Shown: piece by piece, positions 8,706-18,169 of the stretch
Layout of the letters: every line of letters starts with the position of its first letter
Numbering within the stretch: position 1 is the stretch's first letter
Assembly (NCBI GenBank): GCA_965248575.1
Contig: CBDFJQ010000002.1
Coordinates: 1,568,001-1,632,000 of the forward strand
Length of the DNA: 64,000 nucleotides
From: Planctomycetota bacterium
GTDB lineage: Bacteria; Planctomycetota; B15-G4
Direction of reading: 5' to 3'
Program-made: the position numbers and the translations under genes
Notes under the pieces: model-generated
What the model saw: only the letters and a program-made list of their open reading frames with translations
What the model was told of the DNA's origin: nothing
Database searches by the model: none

Positions 8706-9997
8706 GGTGAGTCCTCTTTCTCGAATGACATGTGCTGGACGGCACCTGCAGGCGGTGCGTCCAAGGCACCGGCTGGCGCTGGCCCACCGCGGTAGTACCG
8801 CGTGTCGATGGTCAGCTTTCCAGCCAGAACGGGAATCGTGATACGAACAAGAATCGTGAAGATCATGAGCCCGAAGGCCCAGATGCCCAGGCTCACCAGC
8901 ACCTCGTTGAGCGTGGGTGTGTACTCCACCACTTCGCCGATGGGTGAGGGGACGAAGCCCGGGATGATCAAGCCCATGCCCTTCTCGATCCAGATGCCGA
9001 CGATCTGCAGGCCACAGGCGACGTAGAGCACCGGAAGGCGCCGAGAAGAGACGGGCAGGTAGAGCAGGACGAGCGCCAGGGTGTTCATGCCAATGGCGGT
9101 CCAGATCCAGGGCACCAAGGCCGACTTGCCGTGCAAGCCGAAGAACAGGTAGCGAGCGGACACCACGTGTGCGCTGTCGGTGTAGAACTCGGTGAACACC
9201 TCGCAGATCAACAGGAACATGTTGATCGTCAGCGCCACCGTCACGATCTGCTTGAGCGTGATGATGGCCTTGCGCGCCACGTTGTAGGACGTGAAGCGAT
9301 TCACGACCACCAAGGTCAGGATCAAGAAAGAGGGGCCCGCCGCGAAGGCGCTGGCCAGGAAGCGCGGCGCGATGATGGCCGAGTTCCAGAAGGGTCGCCC
9401 GCCCAGGCCCACGTAGAGGAAGGCCGTCACCGTGTGGATGCTCACGGCCCAGACGATGGCGGTGAAGACGAACGGCACATAGAAGACCGGGCTCGGCTTC
9501 CGCTTGCGGTAGGCGCAATACACCAGATACCCGCAGATGTGCATGTTCAGCAGCAAGTAGCCGTTCAACACCAGCACGTCCCAACTCAGCATGGAGATGG
9601 GGAAGTTGAAGCGCATGAACAGGTGGTGGAACCGATCGGGTCGACCCAGGTCGACGGTCACGAAAGCCAGGCACATGATGATGGAGGCCACCGCCAACAG
9701 CTCGCCAAAGATGACGAGGTCATGCAGTTCCTTGTTGCGGTAGATGTAGACAGGGACCACCAACATCACGGCCGCAGCGGCCATGCCCACCAGGAAGGTG
9801 AAGTTGGCGATGTAGAGCCCCCAGGACACCTGGTCGGTCATGCCCGTCGTGGCCAGGCCCTGCACCAACTGCTTGGCGTAGGCGTTCAGACCGAACAGCG
9901 CCACGATGGTCAGGAACAACATCCACAGGTGGTATCGCCAATCACCGACGAAACTGACCCGGAAGCAGCGCCAGAGGAATCGCGTGTACTCCTTCAT
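8702..9997 (-). CDS. NrfD/PsrC/DsrP-family quinol-interacting membrane subunit
   Basis: ~10 hydrophobic segments; TGMTDQVSWGLYIANFTFLVG, VDLGRPDRF, AVSIHTVTAFL, IWIEKGMGLIIPGF. Confidence 0.92.
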   Translation of the reverse strand: MKEYTRFLWRCFRVSFVGDWRYHLWMLFLTIVALFGLNAYAKQLVQGLATTGMTDQVSWGLYIANFTFLVGMAAAAVMLVVPVYIYRNKELHDLVIFGELLAVASIIMCLAFVTVDLGRPDRFHHLFMRFNFPISMLSWDVLVLNGYLLLNMHICGYLVYCAYRKRKPSPVFYVPFVFTAIVWAVSIHTVTAFLYVGLGGRPFWNSAIIAPRFLASAFAAGPSFLILTLVVVNRFTSYNVARKAIITLKQIVTVALTINMFLLICEVFTEFYTDSAHVVSARYLFFGLHGKSALVPWIWTAIGMNTLALVLLYLPVSSRRLPVLYVACGLQIVGIWIEKGMGLIIPGFVPSPIGEVVEYTPTLNEVLVSLGIWAFGLMIFTILVRITIPVLAGKLTIDTRYYRGGPAPAGALDAPPAGAVQHMSFEKEDSP

Positions 9998-11007
9998 CCT
10001 TCGTCGCTCCTCCCATGGCCTCGCGGGTAGCGCTCATCGAAGTAGTAGAAGAAGCGCGGCAAGGTGCCCACGTCCTCCTTCAGGACGAAGACCCGCTTGG
10101 TGCGCAGGATCTGGGCCACTTCGCTGTTCGGGTCGAGCACGTTGCCGAACTTCCGGGCTCCCACCGGGCAGACCTCCAAGCAGGCTGGCATGCGCCCTTC
10201 CCGGGTGCGCTGCAAGCAGAAGGTGCACTTCTCCATGACGCCCTTCTGGCGTGGGCGGTTGGAGAGGTAGGCCATCTCCGGGTTGACATCCTGGGGCTCC
10301 AGCTTCGGTTCACTGAAGTTGAAGCGCCGTGCCCAGTACGGGCAGGCGGCCTCGCAGTAGCGGCAACCGATGCACCAGTCGTAGTCCACAACGGTGATGC
10401 CGTCGGGCTCCTGCCAGGTGGCCTCCACAGGGCAGACCTTCACGCAGGGTGGGTTGGCGCACTGGTGGCACTGGATCGGCATGTAGAAGTGATCGTCATC
10501 CGGCACCGTGGGGTGGTCGTACTGGTGGTTCCCCTGCTCCACGTCCAAGGTCCCACGCGGCATCTCCAGCACGCGGATGTACTGGATCTCGGGCGAGCGG
10601 CTCTGGTTGTTCTCCTCGACGCAGGCGTGGACGCACTTGCGGCAGCCGACGCAGCGGCTGAGGTTGAGGGCGTAGACGAACTCGACACCGTCGAGTGGGG
10701 TGACGTCGCGCACGGAGGCATCGATGGCATAGCGCTTCTGGACCTCGCCGCTGATGCGCGCCAAGGCGGTCTCCATGTCCTGCCCGTCCATCTCCTTGTA
10801 GTGCTTCTGGATGAAGCCCTCCATGGAGGGGATGTCGTCCGGGTCCATGTCCGCCAGCGGACGCAAGGCGGCCACGAAGGCCGAGAGGCCTGCCAGTGCG
10901 GTCACGCCCTGTCGCAGGAAGTTTCGCCGCGACAGGGGGCCGACGACCTCGGTTCCGTCGGGAGCCGGTGAGGCGGGCGACGTGGATGTCGAGTCGTGAC
11001 CGTTCAC
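9994..11007 (-). CDS. 4Fe-4S dicluster protein (NrfC/DsrO-like), Tat-exported
   Basis: SRRNFL; Cys motifs CVGCRKCVHAC, CHQCANPPCVKVCP, CIGCRYCEAACP, KCTFC...PACLEVCP. Confidence 0.93.
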   Translation of the reverse strand: MNGHDSTSTSPASPAPDGTEVVGPLSRRNFLRQGVTALAGLSAFVAALRPLADMDPDDIPSMEGFIQKHYKEMDGQDMETALARISGEVQKRYAIDASVRDVTPLDGVEFVYALNLSRCVGCRKCVHACVEENNQSRSPEIQYIRVLEMPRGTLDVEQGNHQYDHPTVPDDDHFYMPIQCHQCANPPCVKVCPVEATWQEPDGITVVDYDWCIGCRYCEAACPYWARRFNFSEPKLEPQDVNPEMAYLSNRPRQKGVMEKCTFCLQRTREGRMPACLEVCPVGARKFGNVLDPNSEVAQILRTKRVFVLKEDVGTLPRFFYYFDERYPRGHGRSDEG

Positions 11008-11678
11008 CGCTGCTCCTCCGTGTCGTGTTCGTCGACTGACCGGCTCTCCAGCCCCCAGCGGCGCAAGGGGCCGCCGGAGCCCAGGTCTTCAGCGTGGTCG
11101 CCAGCGTGGCCTTCGTCAGTCGGGCTCGCGCGCCAGGTGTTGGGCCCGGGCAAGGGCTTCAAGCCCGGGAAGGCCGGGCTGTGGGGGTCATGGCACTCGA
11201 TGCACTGCAGCCGCCGGAACGCCGGGTCATCCGACCGCCAGCTGCCCATGGTCCGACCGTGGGTCCCCACCTCCCAGTCACGAAAGGTCGTTCCGTGGCA
11301 CCCGGCGCACAGATCCACTGCCTGAGCGAGGGGAACGCGCTCGCCCCCCATCAGCTCCAGCTCAGCGCGATTCTCGCGGGCATGGCAGTTGAAGCAGCGG
11401 GTGTTGAGGCCGTGATCCAGCACGATGTCGAGGTGCTGCGCGAGCTGTTCAGGGGTCTCCTCAAGGGAGTCGAACAGCGCATGGCAGTCGGCACAGCGCT
11501 GCTGCACGCCGCCGATGGTCACGACATCCAGCCGAGCCTTGAGCGGGCGCATGGGCTCCGTCGAGAGCTGTTCCTTCGTCACATCGGCGCGGGGCGCCGG
11601 GGGCAGGTCCACCGCGCTCCCCCCGAACAGGAAGATGATCGCAGCCACCGCGAAGGTCAGGGGGATCATTGTGCGCAT
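11004..11678 (-). CDS. Tetraheme c-type cytochrome
   Basis: N-terminal hydrophobic anchor or signal; CADCH, CFNCH, CAGCH, CIECH; 4-bp overlap with the Fe-S gene. Confidence 0.88.
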   Translation of the reverse strand: MRTMIPLTFAVAAIIFLFGGSAVDLPPAPRADVTKEQLSTEPMRPLKARLDVVTIGGVQQRCADCHALFDSLEETPEQLAQHLDIVLDHGLNTRCFNCHARENRAELELMGGERVPLAQAVDLCAGCHGTTFRDWEVGTHGRTMGSWRSDDPAFRRLQCIECHDPHSPAFPGLKPLPGPNTWRASPTDEGHAGDHAEDLGSGGPLRRWGLESRSVDEHDTEEQR

Positions 11679-11875
11679 GGGCTTCGGCCCTTTGTCGTTT
11701 AGACGGCAAGAACGCTACGAATCAAGACTTCAGGAGAGCTTCGTCCAACGGGCGCACGCTCCCCATACGCCAAAGGGCGTAGGTCGGGGCTGGACACTAC
11801 GCACCGACATGGACTTCCCCCATCTGTACGTTCACGTGCTTCTTACACGGCGCCCGACACACTTTGGAGGTTGTC

Positions 11876-13174
11876 ATGTCAGCACCCACTTGCCTCGTTT
11901 CCCTCACATCACGCGGGACAAGCTTGGCGCTCTGCGCCGTGGTACTCGCCCTCGCCAGTTGCGCGACGCCTCTGAGGCTCCCTGAAAAGGATCCCTCTTC
12001 CTTCCGTATCGGTCCGCAAGAGGTCACATCTCCCGCAACGATTCGCGAGGCCGTCGAGCAGGGCAAGGCCTACCTCAAGCTCCGCATACGCGGGGAATCG
12101 CATGATGCAGGCGGAGTGTCCAAGGATGCTGCCGGCGTCACGATCCGAACCGTCCTCGGCTATGAGACGGCCGCGATCAACGGCACGTCACTCCTGGTGG
12201 AAGCCGAGAACGTCAGCCACTTGGGTGGCGAGGCCTACAACAACTCCGTCAATGGCAAGCTCGACCGGCCGGCGATCGCCGACCCTTCCGGCACCGAAGT
12301 CAACCAGGCCTACCTGCAGCACACGATCGGCGACACGAAGATCCGAGGCGGACGTCAACGCATCATCCTGGACAACGCACGCTTCGTGGGCAACGTGGGC
12401 TGGCGCCAGAACGAACAGACGTTCGACGCCGTGAGCGCCACCGGAAACGTAGGTGGTGTGAAACTCTTCTGGAGCTGGCTCGCCAACGCCAACCGCATCT
12501 TCGGCGAAGACCACCCGGCGGGCGACGCGCGCATGGACTCCCATCTGCTCAACGCCAAGACCGCATTGGGTGAGGACAGTGCGCTCACCGGATACTGGTA
12601 TCACCTCGACTTCAATCGCTCGAGCGGCATGGCAGCTCTTTCCACATCCACGGTCGGCGCTCGCTTCGAGGGCGCGATCTGGGACTCGGAAGAGGCACCC
12701 GTGAAGGTCAGCCTGGAGTTGGCGCACCAGAAGGACGCCGGCTCCAATCCGGGGAGCGTGGATGCGGGCTACAGCCACCTCGCGCTCTCGGGCGCCATCG
12801 GTCCCGTGCAGTTGAAGGTCGGCCAGGAGACGCTGGACGGTTCGCGTTCCGGCAACGGCACCTTCTCCACACCCCTCGCCACCCTGCACGCCTTCAATGG
12901 TTGGGCTGACAAGTTCCTGGTCACACCGGCAACGGGGCTCCAGGACTCCTACATCTCAATCGGTGGCACCTATGAGGGCACTGCCCTGAAGGCCGTCTAC
13001 CACGAGTTCAAGTCGCAGACGACCTCCGCCACGTACGGGCAGGAAATTGACTTCCTGGCCACGCGCCCCATCGACGAGGACTCTGCCTGGGGAGCGAAGT
13101 TCGCCGACTACGACGCACGCTCCCTCACCACGGACAGCCGCAAGGCCTGGCTGTGGTACCAAACGCAGTTCTAG
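11876..13174 (+). CDS. Alginate-export (AlgE-like) family outer-membrane beta-barrel
   Basis: GGAGG RBS before ATG 11876; TEVNQAY, GRQRIILDNARFVGNVGWRQNEQTFDA, FSTPLATLHAFNGWADKF; ends in Phe (WYQTQF). Confidence 0.85.
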   Translation: MSAPTCLVSLTSRGTSLALCAVVLALASCATPLRLPEKDPSSFRIGPQEVTSPATIREAVEQGKAYLKLRIRGESHDAGGVSKDAAGVTIRTVLGYETAAINGTSLLVEAENVSHLGGEAYNNSVNGKLDRPAIADPSGTEVNQAYLQHTIGDTKIRGGRQRIILDNARFVGNVGWRQNEQTFDAVSATGNVGGVKLFWSWLANANRIFGEDHPAGDARMDSHLLNAKTALGEDSALTGYWYHLDFNRSSGMAALSTSTVGARFEGAIWDSEEAPVKVSLELAHQKDAGSNPGSVDAGYSHLALSGAIGPVQLKVGQETLDGSRSGNGTFSTPLATLHAFNGWADKFLVTPATGLQDSYISIGGTYEGTALKAVYHEFKSQTTSATYGQEIDFLATRPIDEDSAWGAKFADYDARSLTTDSRKAWLWYQTQF

Positions 13175-13254
13175 GACGAGCTCAACAGCCCATCGCTCGG
13201 GACCAGGCCCTCGAGGCGAACACCGGAAGGCTCGCTGCCGTCCGTTGACTCGCG

Positions 13255-15201
13255 CTAGTCACGGGCTGGCTGCTGGTCCTCTGGCTCAGGCGCTGGATCC
13301 AATCCTGGGTACAACGGGGGCTCGCTGGTCGGCGCGGGTGCCTGTGGCTCCGGCGCCGACTGCTGCGGCTGTGGTTGTGCAGCCGGGATCGGAGTATCCG
13401 AGGGCAGGCCCCCAGGAGGCGTGAAGAAGGGGTCGTCCGGCAACTCATCGATGGCAAAGTCGTCGATGTCCGGCTCGCGCGGGGAAGTCGTCTCGGGCTC
13501 CATGCCGATGGGTGCGCCCTTCTTACCGCGGAAGGACTCTTCGAAGGGATCGGGAATCTCCGGAGCCTCGGAGGCTTCCACCGTCTCCCACTCCTCCTCG
13601 AACACTTCCGGCCCAAGCCCAGGCTCCACGTCGGGAACGATTTGCGGCTGCAGCTCCACGGACAGGCCGATGGCAGGGCTCGACGCGTCCTGCGGGACCT
13701 CGCTATCGCCTGCGACAGAAGCATCAAGCAAGCCGTCGAACTCGCAGACGGCCTCTTCGCTCTCTTCCACCTCTTCGCCGGAGCGGGCATCGACCAACCA
13801 CATGATCATGCAGGCTGCCGACGTGGCGATGGCCGAACCACCGGGGCCGAGGCGCGGCTGCAGGAAGATGATGCCCATCACCTGTAGGCCCAGTGTGATG
13901 GCCAACGTGCCCCAGTTGGTTCCCTTGAGACCACAGGCCGAGTGACGCACCAAGCTGGCGGCAAGCAGTGCTACGGAGCCCACCATGAGCGTCGCCGCCC
14001 GGCACATATCAGCCGCCGGAACGCCGAACAACATGAGCTCACCACCCAGGGCCGGCCCCAGCAGGAAAGAACGCCCACCCAGTTCAGTGGCGATCAGCGA
14101 GCCGCCTCCCACGGGGGTGAAGGTCTCGTGCAAGCCCGACATGAATCCGCCGGGTGCATACATCCAGGAGAGGGCCATCGGACCGACCAGCAACCACACA
14201 CCCAAGGCACCCAGCGCGATGGTCCTCGACTGCTGCGAACCTGGGCGACCGTCCACGCGATCGAGGGAACTCGCCACCAAGGCAGCCGCGGGGACCAGGG
14301 GAATCAGCATCATCAGGGCCAACAGCCCGGTCCAGGTCGCCTCGTCAGCCAGCGCCTGGCCGCGAGCGCCCACGGACACGAACATCATGCCCAACAAAGC
14401 GGTCACGCAGAGCAACATGGGCATCACTGCCATGCCAATGGAGCCGGCCTGGACGCGCGGAAACTCGCGCGCCGTCCGGGGGCCCATCTCAGCCGCCTTG
14501 GCAAGGAAGCCCACGATGAGCGTCTGGACCACGCCACCCGCCAGCAACACGAGTGCCACGCCAAGCAGATCTGGCTGCAAGCCTGCGAGGCTCGTTCGCG
14601 TCATCACGAAGAAGGCCGCCAGGTATCCGGGCAGGCCGGCAAGGAACGCAACGAGCTGGCCCTTCGGCTTGATCCCACCGACGTCGGTCCGCAACAGCGA
14701 ACCGCCCAGCACCAGGGCCCAGATTCCGACCGTGAGACCGGTGGAAAGCCAGGTCTTCGCACTCCCCAGCAGATCACCGAGGGTATGGAACTCTTCCATG
14801 GTGAGCAGCGCCATGACCGCACCGATCACGGGCAGCGCCCAGATCAGAGATTGCCGCAAGACGTCGGTGGTCAGCACCATGACCACGGCCACGCCCAAGC
14901 CCAGCACGAGCGTGCTGCGCGTCACCAAGCCCAACATCATGACCGGGACCAGGCACTGCGCGATGAGACCAGGCCGGATGGCCAGCAAGCGCGGCCCCAA
15001 GGCGAAACGTGGGATGTCGACGCCGCCGCGGGCCGGGCAGGCACGCTCCGTCACCGCCACCACCCATGCGTGGGCGAAGATGATGACCATGGCAAGCATG
15101 GCTCGGCTGCCCAGGAAGTGGGGCTCCACATTCGAGGTCAGGACAAGCGCTGAGAAACACAGCGCAAGGCCAGCCAGCCAGGTTCGGTATGCAGTCGACA
15201 T
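13255..15201 (-). CDS. Polytopic membrane protein with an acidic, Pro-rich C-terminal tail; function unknown
   Basis: Many hydrophobic segments followed by an ~170-aa E/D/P-rich low-complexity tail; lies at the distal end of the glycan cluster. Confidence 0.7.
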   Translation of the reverse strand: MSTAYRTWLAGLALCFSALVLTSNVEPHFLGSRAMLAMVIIFAHAWVVAVTERACPARGGVDIPRFALGPRLLAIRPGLIAQCLVPVMMLGLVTRSTLVLGLGVAVVMVLTTDVLRQSLIWALPVIGAVMALLTMEEFHTLGDLLGSAKTWLSTGLTVGIWALVLGGSLLRTDVGGIKPKGQLVAFLAGLPGYLAAFFVMTRTSLAGLQPDLLGVALVLLAGGVVQTLIVGFLAKAAEMGPRTAREFPRVQAGSIGMAVMPMLLCVTALLGMMFVSVGARGQALADEATWTGLLALMMLIPLVPAAALVASSLDRVDGRPGSQQSRTIALGALGVWLLVGPMALSWMYAPGGFMSGLHETFTPVGGGSLIATELGGRSFLLGPALGGELMLFGVPAADMCRAATLMVGSVALLAASLVRHSACGLKGTNWGTLAITLGLQVMGIIFLQPRLGPGGSAIATSAACMIMWLVDARSGEEVEESEEAVCEFDGLLDASVAGDSEVPQDASSPAIGLSVELQPQIVPDVEPGLGPEVFEEEWETVEASEAPEIPDPFEESFRGKKGAPIGMEPETTSPREPDIDDFAIDELPDDPFFTPPGGLPSDTPIPAAQPQPQQSAPEPQAPAPTSEPPLYPGLDPAPEPEDQQPARD

Positions 15202-15320
15202 GAGCTCGGGCCCAGAGGGAGACGAGAGTGCGTCTCCGCATATCGGCAGATTGGGGGCCGAAAGTGCGCCCAATCAGCGGATCTCCAGCCCAGAAAGGCC
15301 TCAGCGACTCAAAACAGCTC

Positions 15321-16751
15321 TCAAGGGGCCGTCGAGTCTGGTCCCGAGAAGCGCTTCAACTCGGCCTGGAGCCTCCCGACCACGTCTTCCCAGCCTTCGC
15401 TGCGCAACAGCTCGCCCAACCCGGCTTCGCGCAGGTCGAAGGCGTGCTGGCGTCGCAGGAGCTGCTCCTGCCGATGCCCGGCTTCGGCGCTCGAGAGAGG
15501 TGCAATAGGCGTCACACCCTCACGCACCTGGCGGAACACATCCCGGAGTACATCGACATGGGCTGTGCTGTCCAGGGTGGCGGGCGCCGGCCCAGCGCAC
15601 ATCCGTGCCCGCAAGCCAGGGTCGCTGGCAAGCCCAGTCAAGGCCTTGGCCAGCGCCGGCACATCGCCGCGCGGAAAGAGCTGCATGCGGGCGGTGGCGC
15701 GATCGCTCAGGGCCCCCAGGTCCGTCGCGAGCACCGGAATGCCCAGGCTGCCCGCTTCGTCCAAGGTGAACGAGTAGGACTCCGCACACAACGTCGGCAA
15801 GACCACAGCGTCGAGCGGAGTCCCTGACAAGTCGTTGGGTTGGAAGGCACCGTGCCACACCACGTCGCGATCGCCGGCGCGCTCGCGCACGGCCAACTCC
15901 ATCGCTTCATCGGGCGCTTCCCCCCACACGTGCAGCTGCACACAACGAGGGTCCGCCAGCGCCGCCTGGGCATCCAGCAAGACCTCCACGCCCTTCAGGG
16001 GGTGGAGGTGCCCGAAGGTCCCGACTCTCAGCGGATCGCTCGCAGACGCCACGCGGTCCGCCAAGGGCCGCGTGGCTGGCTGGGAAACACGGCTCCCGGC
16101 AGGTGGTAGCGCATGGATCGGACGCTCCACCCCCAGCCAATTCATGATGCGCCGCCCATGGCCCTCGGTTGGCGCCACCAAGGCTGTCGCCGCAAGCACC
16201 TCGGCGCGCAGGTCGGCCACGAACATCTCCAGCGAGGCCTGGATCTCTGCGTCGCCCTGGAACCGCCATCGAGGGGCACAGTGCAGGCAGGCCTCCACAC
16301 CGGGCGATTCGCTGCAGAAGCTGTCGTCCTCCCGCACGCGGTGGTAGCGCGGGCACGAGGCGAAGAGGTCGTGCAACGAAAGCACCGTGGGGATCCCACG
16401 GGCCGTGGCCGTGCGCACGAGGGTCGTGCTCAGGCGGGCCCAGTGGTGGATGTGCAGGACCTCAGGTTGGAACCCATCCAGCCATTCGCCGAAGGCGGCT
16501 TCGACGTAGGGGTTCTCCAACTTGTCCCAACGCTCGAAGAAGAGATCGGAGCGATGAAAGCGGGTGACGGGGACCGCCCCCGACTCATCCCGCACCACGG
16601 CCCGCTCGGGTCGCCACTCGATGGAGCCGGCGAACACCTCGACCGTGTCGCCTGCCGTAGCGAGGGAGGCTCCCAACTCTGCCACCAGGCGCTCTGTGCC
16701 CCCCACCAACTCCGGCGGGTGCCCGTGGACGACGAGGCCGACCCGGGTCAC
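15321..16751 (-). CDS. Glycosyltransferase family 4
   Basis: HGHPPELVGGTE, SLHDLFASCPR, GHLHPLKGV, ESYSFTLDEA. Confidence 0.9.
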   Translation of the reverse strand: MTRVGLVVHGHPPELVGGTERLVAELGASLATAGDTVEVFAGSIEWRPERAVVRDESGAVPVTRFHRSDLFFERWDKLENPYVEAAFGEWLDGFQPEVLHIHHWARLSTTLVRTATARGIPTVLSLHDLFASCPRYHRVREDDSFCSESPGVEACLHCAPRWRFQGDAEIQASLEMFVADLRAEVLAATALVAPTEGHGRRIMNWLGVERPIHALPPAGSRVSQPATRPLADRVASASDPLRVGTFGHLHPLKGVEVLLDAQAALADPRCVQLHVWGEAPDEAMELAVRERAGDRDVVWHGAFQPNDLSGTPLDAVVLPTLCAESYSFTLDEAGSLGIPVLATDLGALSDRATARMQLFPRGDVPALAKALTGLASDPGLRARMCAGPAPATLDSTAHVDVLRDVFRQVREGVTPIAPLSSAEAGHRQEQLLRRQHAFDLREAGLGELLRSEGWEDVVGRLQAELKRFSGPDSTAP

Positions 16752-18169
16752 GAGGGTGGCAACCGCCCGCCGTTCCCCATCAGCTCAGTGTAGAGCGTTT
16801 CCATGGACTCCGCGTCATCGGTGATGCTACGCGGGCTGTCCATGCTCACGCTCCACGTGCGCAAGGTCGTCGGGTTCTGGATGACAGAGGCCATGTGGGT
16901 CGTCAGGGCGCTCACATCACCTGCGGGGAAGAGCCGTCCCGAGCGACCGTCCTGGATCAGCTCGGCCATGCCGCCTTGGCCCGAAGCGATCACGGGAACA
17001 CCGGCGGCGAAGGCCTCCTGGATGACCACCGGAGAATTCTCGAGCCACAAGGAGGGCATCACGAGGCAGTCGATCTGCTCGAAGGCGTGGCCGATCTCGG
17101 CACGATCAATGGGGCCATGGAAGGTGACATCCGCCCCCTCGGCCATCTCCCGCAGCATGCGGCCGTACTCGCCGTAGTGCGCATCGCTGCCGTACACGTG
17201 CAGGCAGCAGAGGTCGCGCGGGATCTTGGCGAACGCCTCCATCAGGACGTGCACGCCCTTGTGAGGTGCCAAGGTGCCCACGTAGCCAAACGAGATCTTG
17301 CCGTCGTCTCGTTCGACGTGGTTCAAGTTCTCGAAGGGCGTCGTGTCGATGCCGTAGCGCGACACCCGCAGCTTGTTGCGCGCGATACCCCACTGCACCA
17401 TGCGGTCGGCCACCGTCGACGACGGCGAGAGGAACAAGTCAACCTGTTCGATGAGCAGGTTCACCTTGCGGATGCGGTGCTCCAGCTCCTCGCGGAGATT
17501 CTGGCCGCCGTTGACGCCGCCCGCCTTCGCGGCCTTGCTGGGGTTGTGTGTCTTGCGGGTGCGCAACCACTCGCTGCGATCCTGCGCCCAGTAGACCAAG
17601 GGAGCGAGATCGACGCCGGAGAGTTCGCGGGTCACCTGCATCGCCTTGATCAGGGCCTTCTCAGGCTTGCCCTGGCTGAAGCGGAAGTCCTGCAGGCAGT
17701 TCTCGCAGTCCGTCAGGTTCGGTCCGCTGCAGAGGGAACCATCCGGAAGCAGGAGCTGGCCGAAACGCACGCAGAACAGCCAGAAGTCATTCAACGTCAT
17801 GACCACCCGGGCGCCCGCCGTGCGACTGATGCGCGGGATCCCCAGCGAAAGCAACATCAGGTGCTGCACATGGACGATGTCCGGCTTGAACTCATCGAGC
17901 ACGCGCTGGAAGGCGCCCTCGGCGCGAGGGTTCGCGAAGGTCTCCGAGAACTCCTCGTGATCGAGGTTGTTGACCATGACGTGGCAGGTCAGCCCGCCGA
18001 CTTCGCGCTTGATGATGCTGTAGCTGCGGCGCGACAGGATCTTCTCGGTGCAGAAGATCTCGACGGTGTGGCCGCGGTCCTTCAGCGCTCGCGCCAGGTT
18101 GTAGGTGTAGACCTCGGTTCCCGCCGAGTGATCAGGCAGGAAGAAGTGCACAGGAATCAGGATCTTCAC
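16748..18169 (-). CDS. Glycosyltransferase family 4
   Basis: FLPDHSAGTEVY, GTLAPHKGV, PSLWLENSPVVIQEA. Confidence 0.92.
   Translation of the reverse strand: MKILIPVHFFLPDHSAGTEVYTYNLARALKDRGHTVEIFCTEKILSRRSYSIIKREVGGLTCHVMVNNLDHEEFSETFANPRAEGAFQRVLDEFKPDIVHVQHLMLLSLGIPRISRTAGARVVMTLNDFWLFCVRFGQLLLPDGSLCSGPNLTDCENCLQDFRFSQGKPEKALIKAMQVTRELSGVDLAPLVYWAQDRSEWLRTRKTHNPSKAAKAGGVNGGQNLREELEHRIRKVNLLIEQVDLFLSPSSTVADRMVQWGIARNKLRVSRYGIDTTPFENLNHVERDDGKISFGYVGTLAPHKGVHVLMEAFAKIPRDLCCLHVYGSDAHYGEYGRMLREMAEGADVTFHGPIDRAEIGHAFEQIDCLVMPSLWLENSPVVIQEAFAAGVPVIASGQGGMAELIQDGRSGRLFPAGDVSALTTHMASVIQNPTTLRTWSVSMDSPRSITDDAESMETLYTELMGNGGRLPPS

Noticed and set aside
8706..9674. N-terminal extension of the 806-aa Hao ORF
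   Set aside because: It is an alternative frame inside the NrfD gene; the signal peptide and the 4-bp overlap place the start at 8705.
8702..11007. Dissimilatory sulfate reduction (dsrOP)
   Set aside because: No dsrAB, dsrMK or other sulfur genes; NrfD/DsrP modules serve many pathways.
11705..11730. FNR box upstream of the nitrate operon
   Set aside because: Only an ATCAA half-site is present, with no matching TTGAT at the correct spacing.
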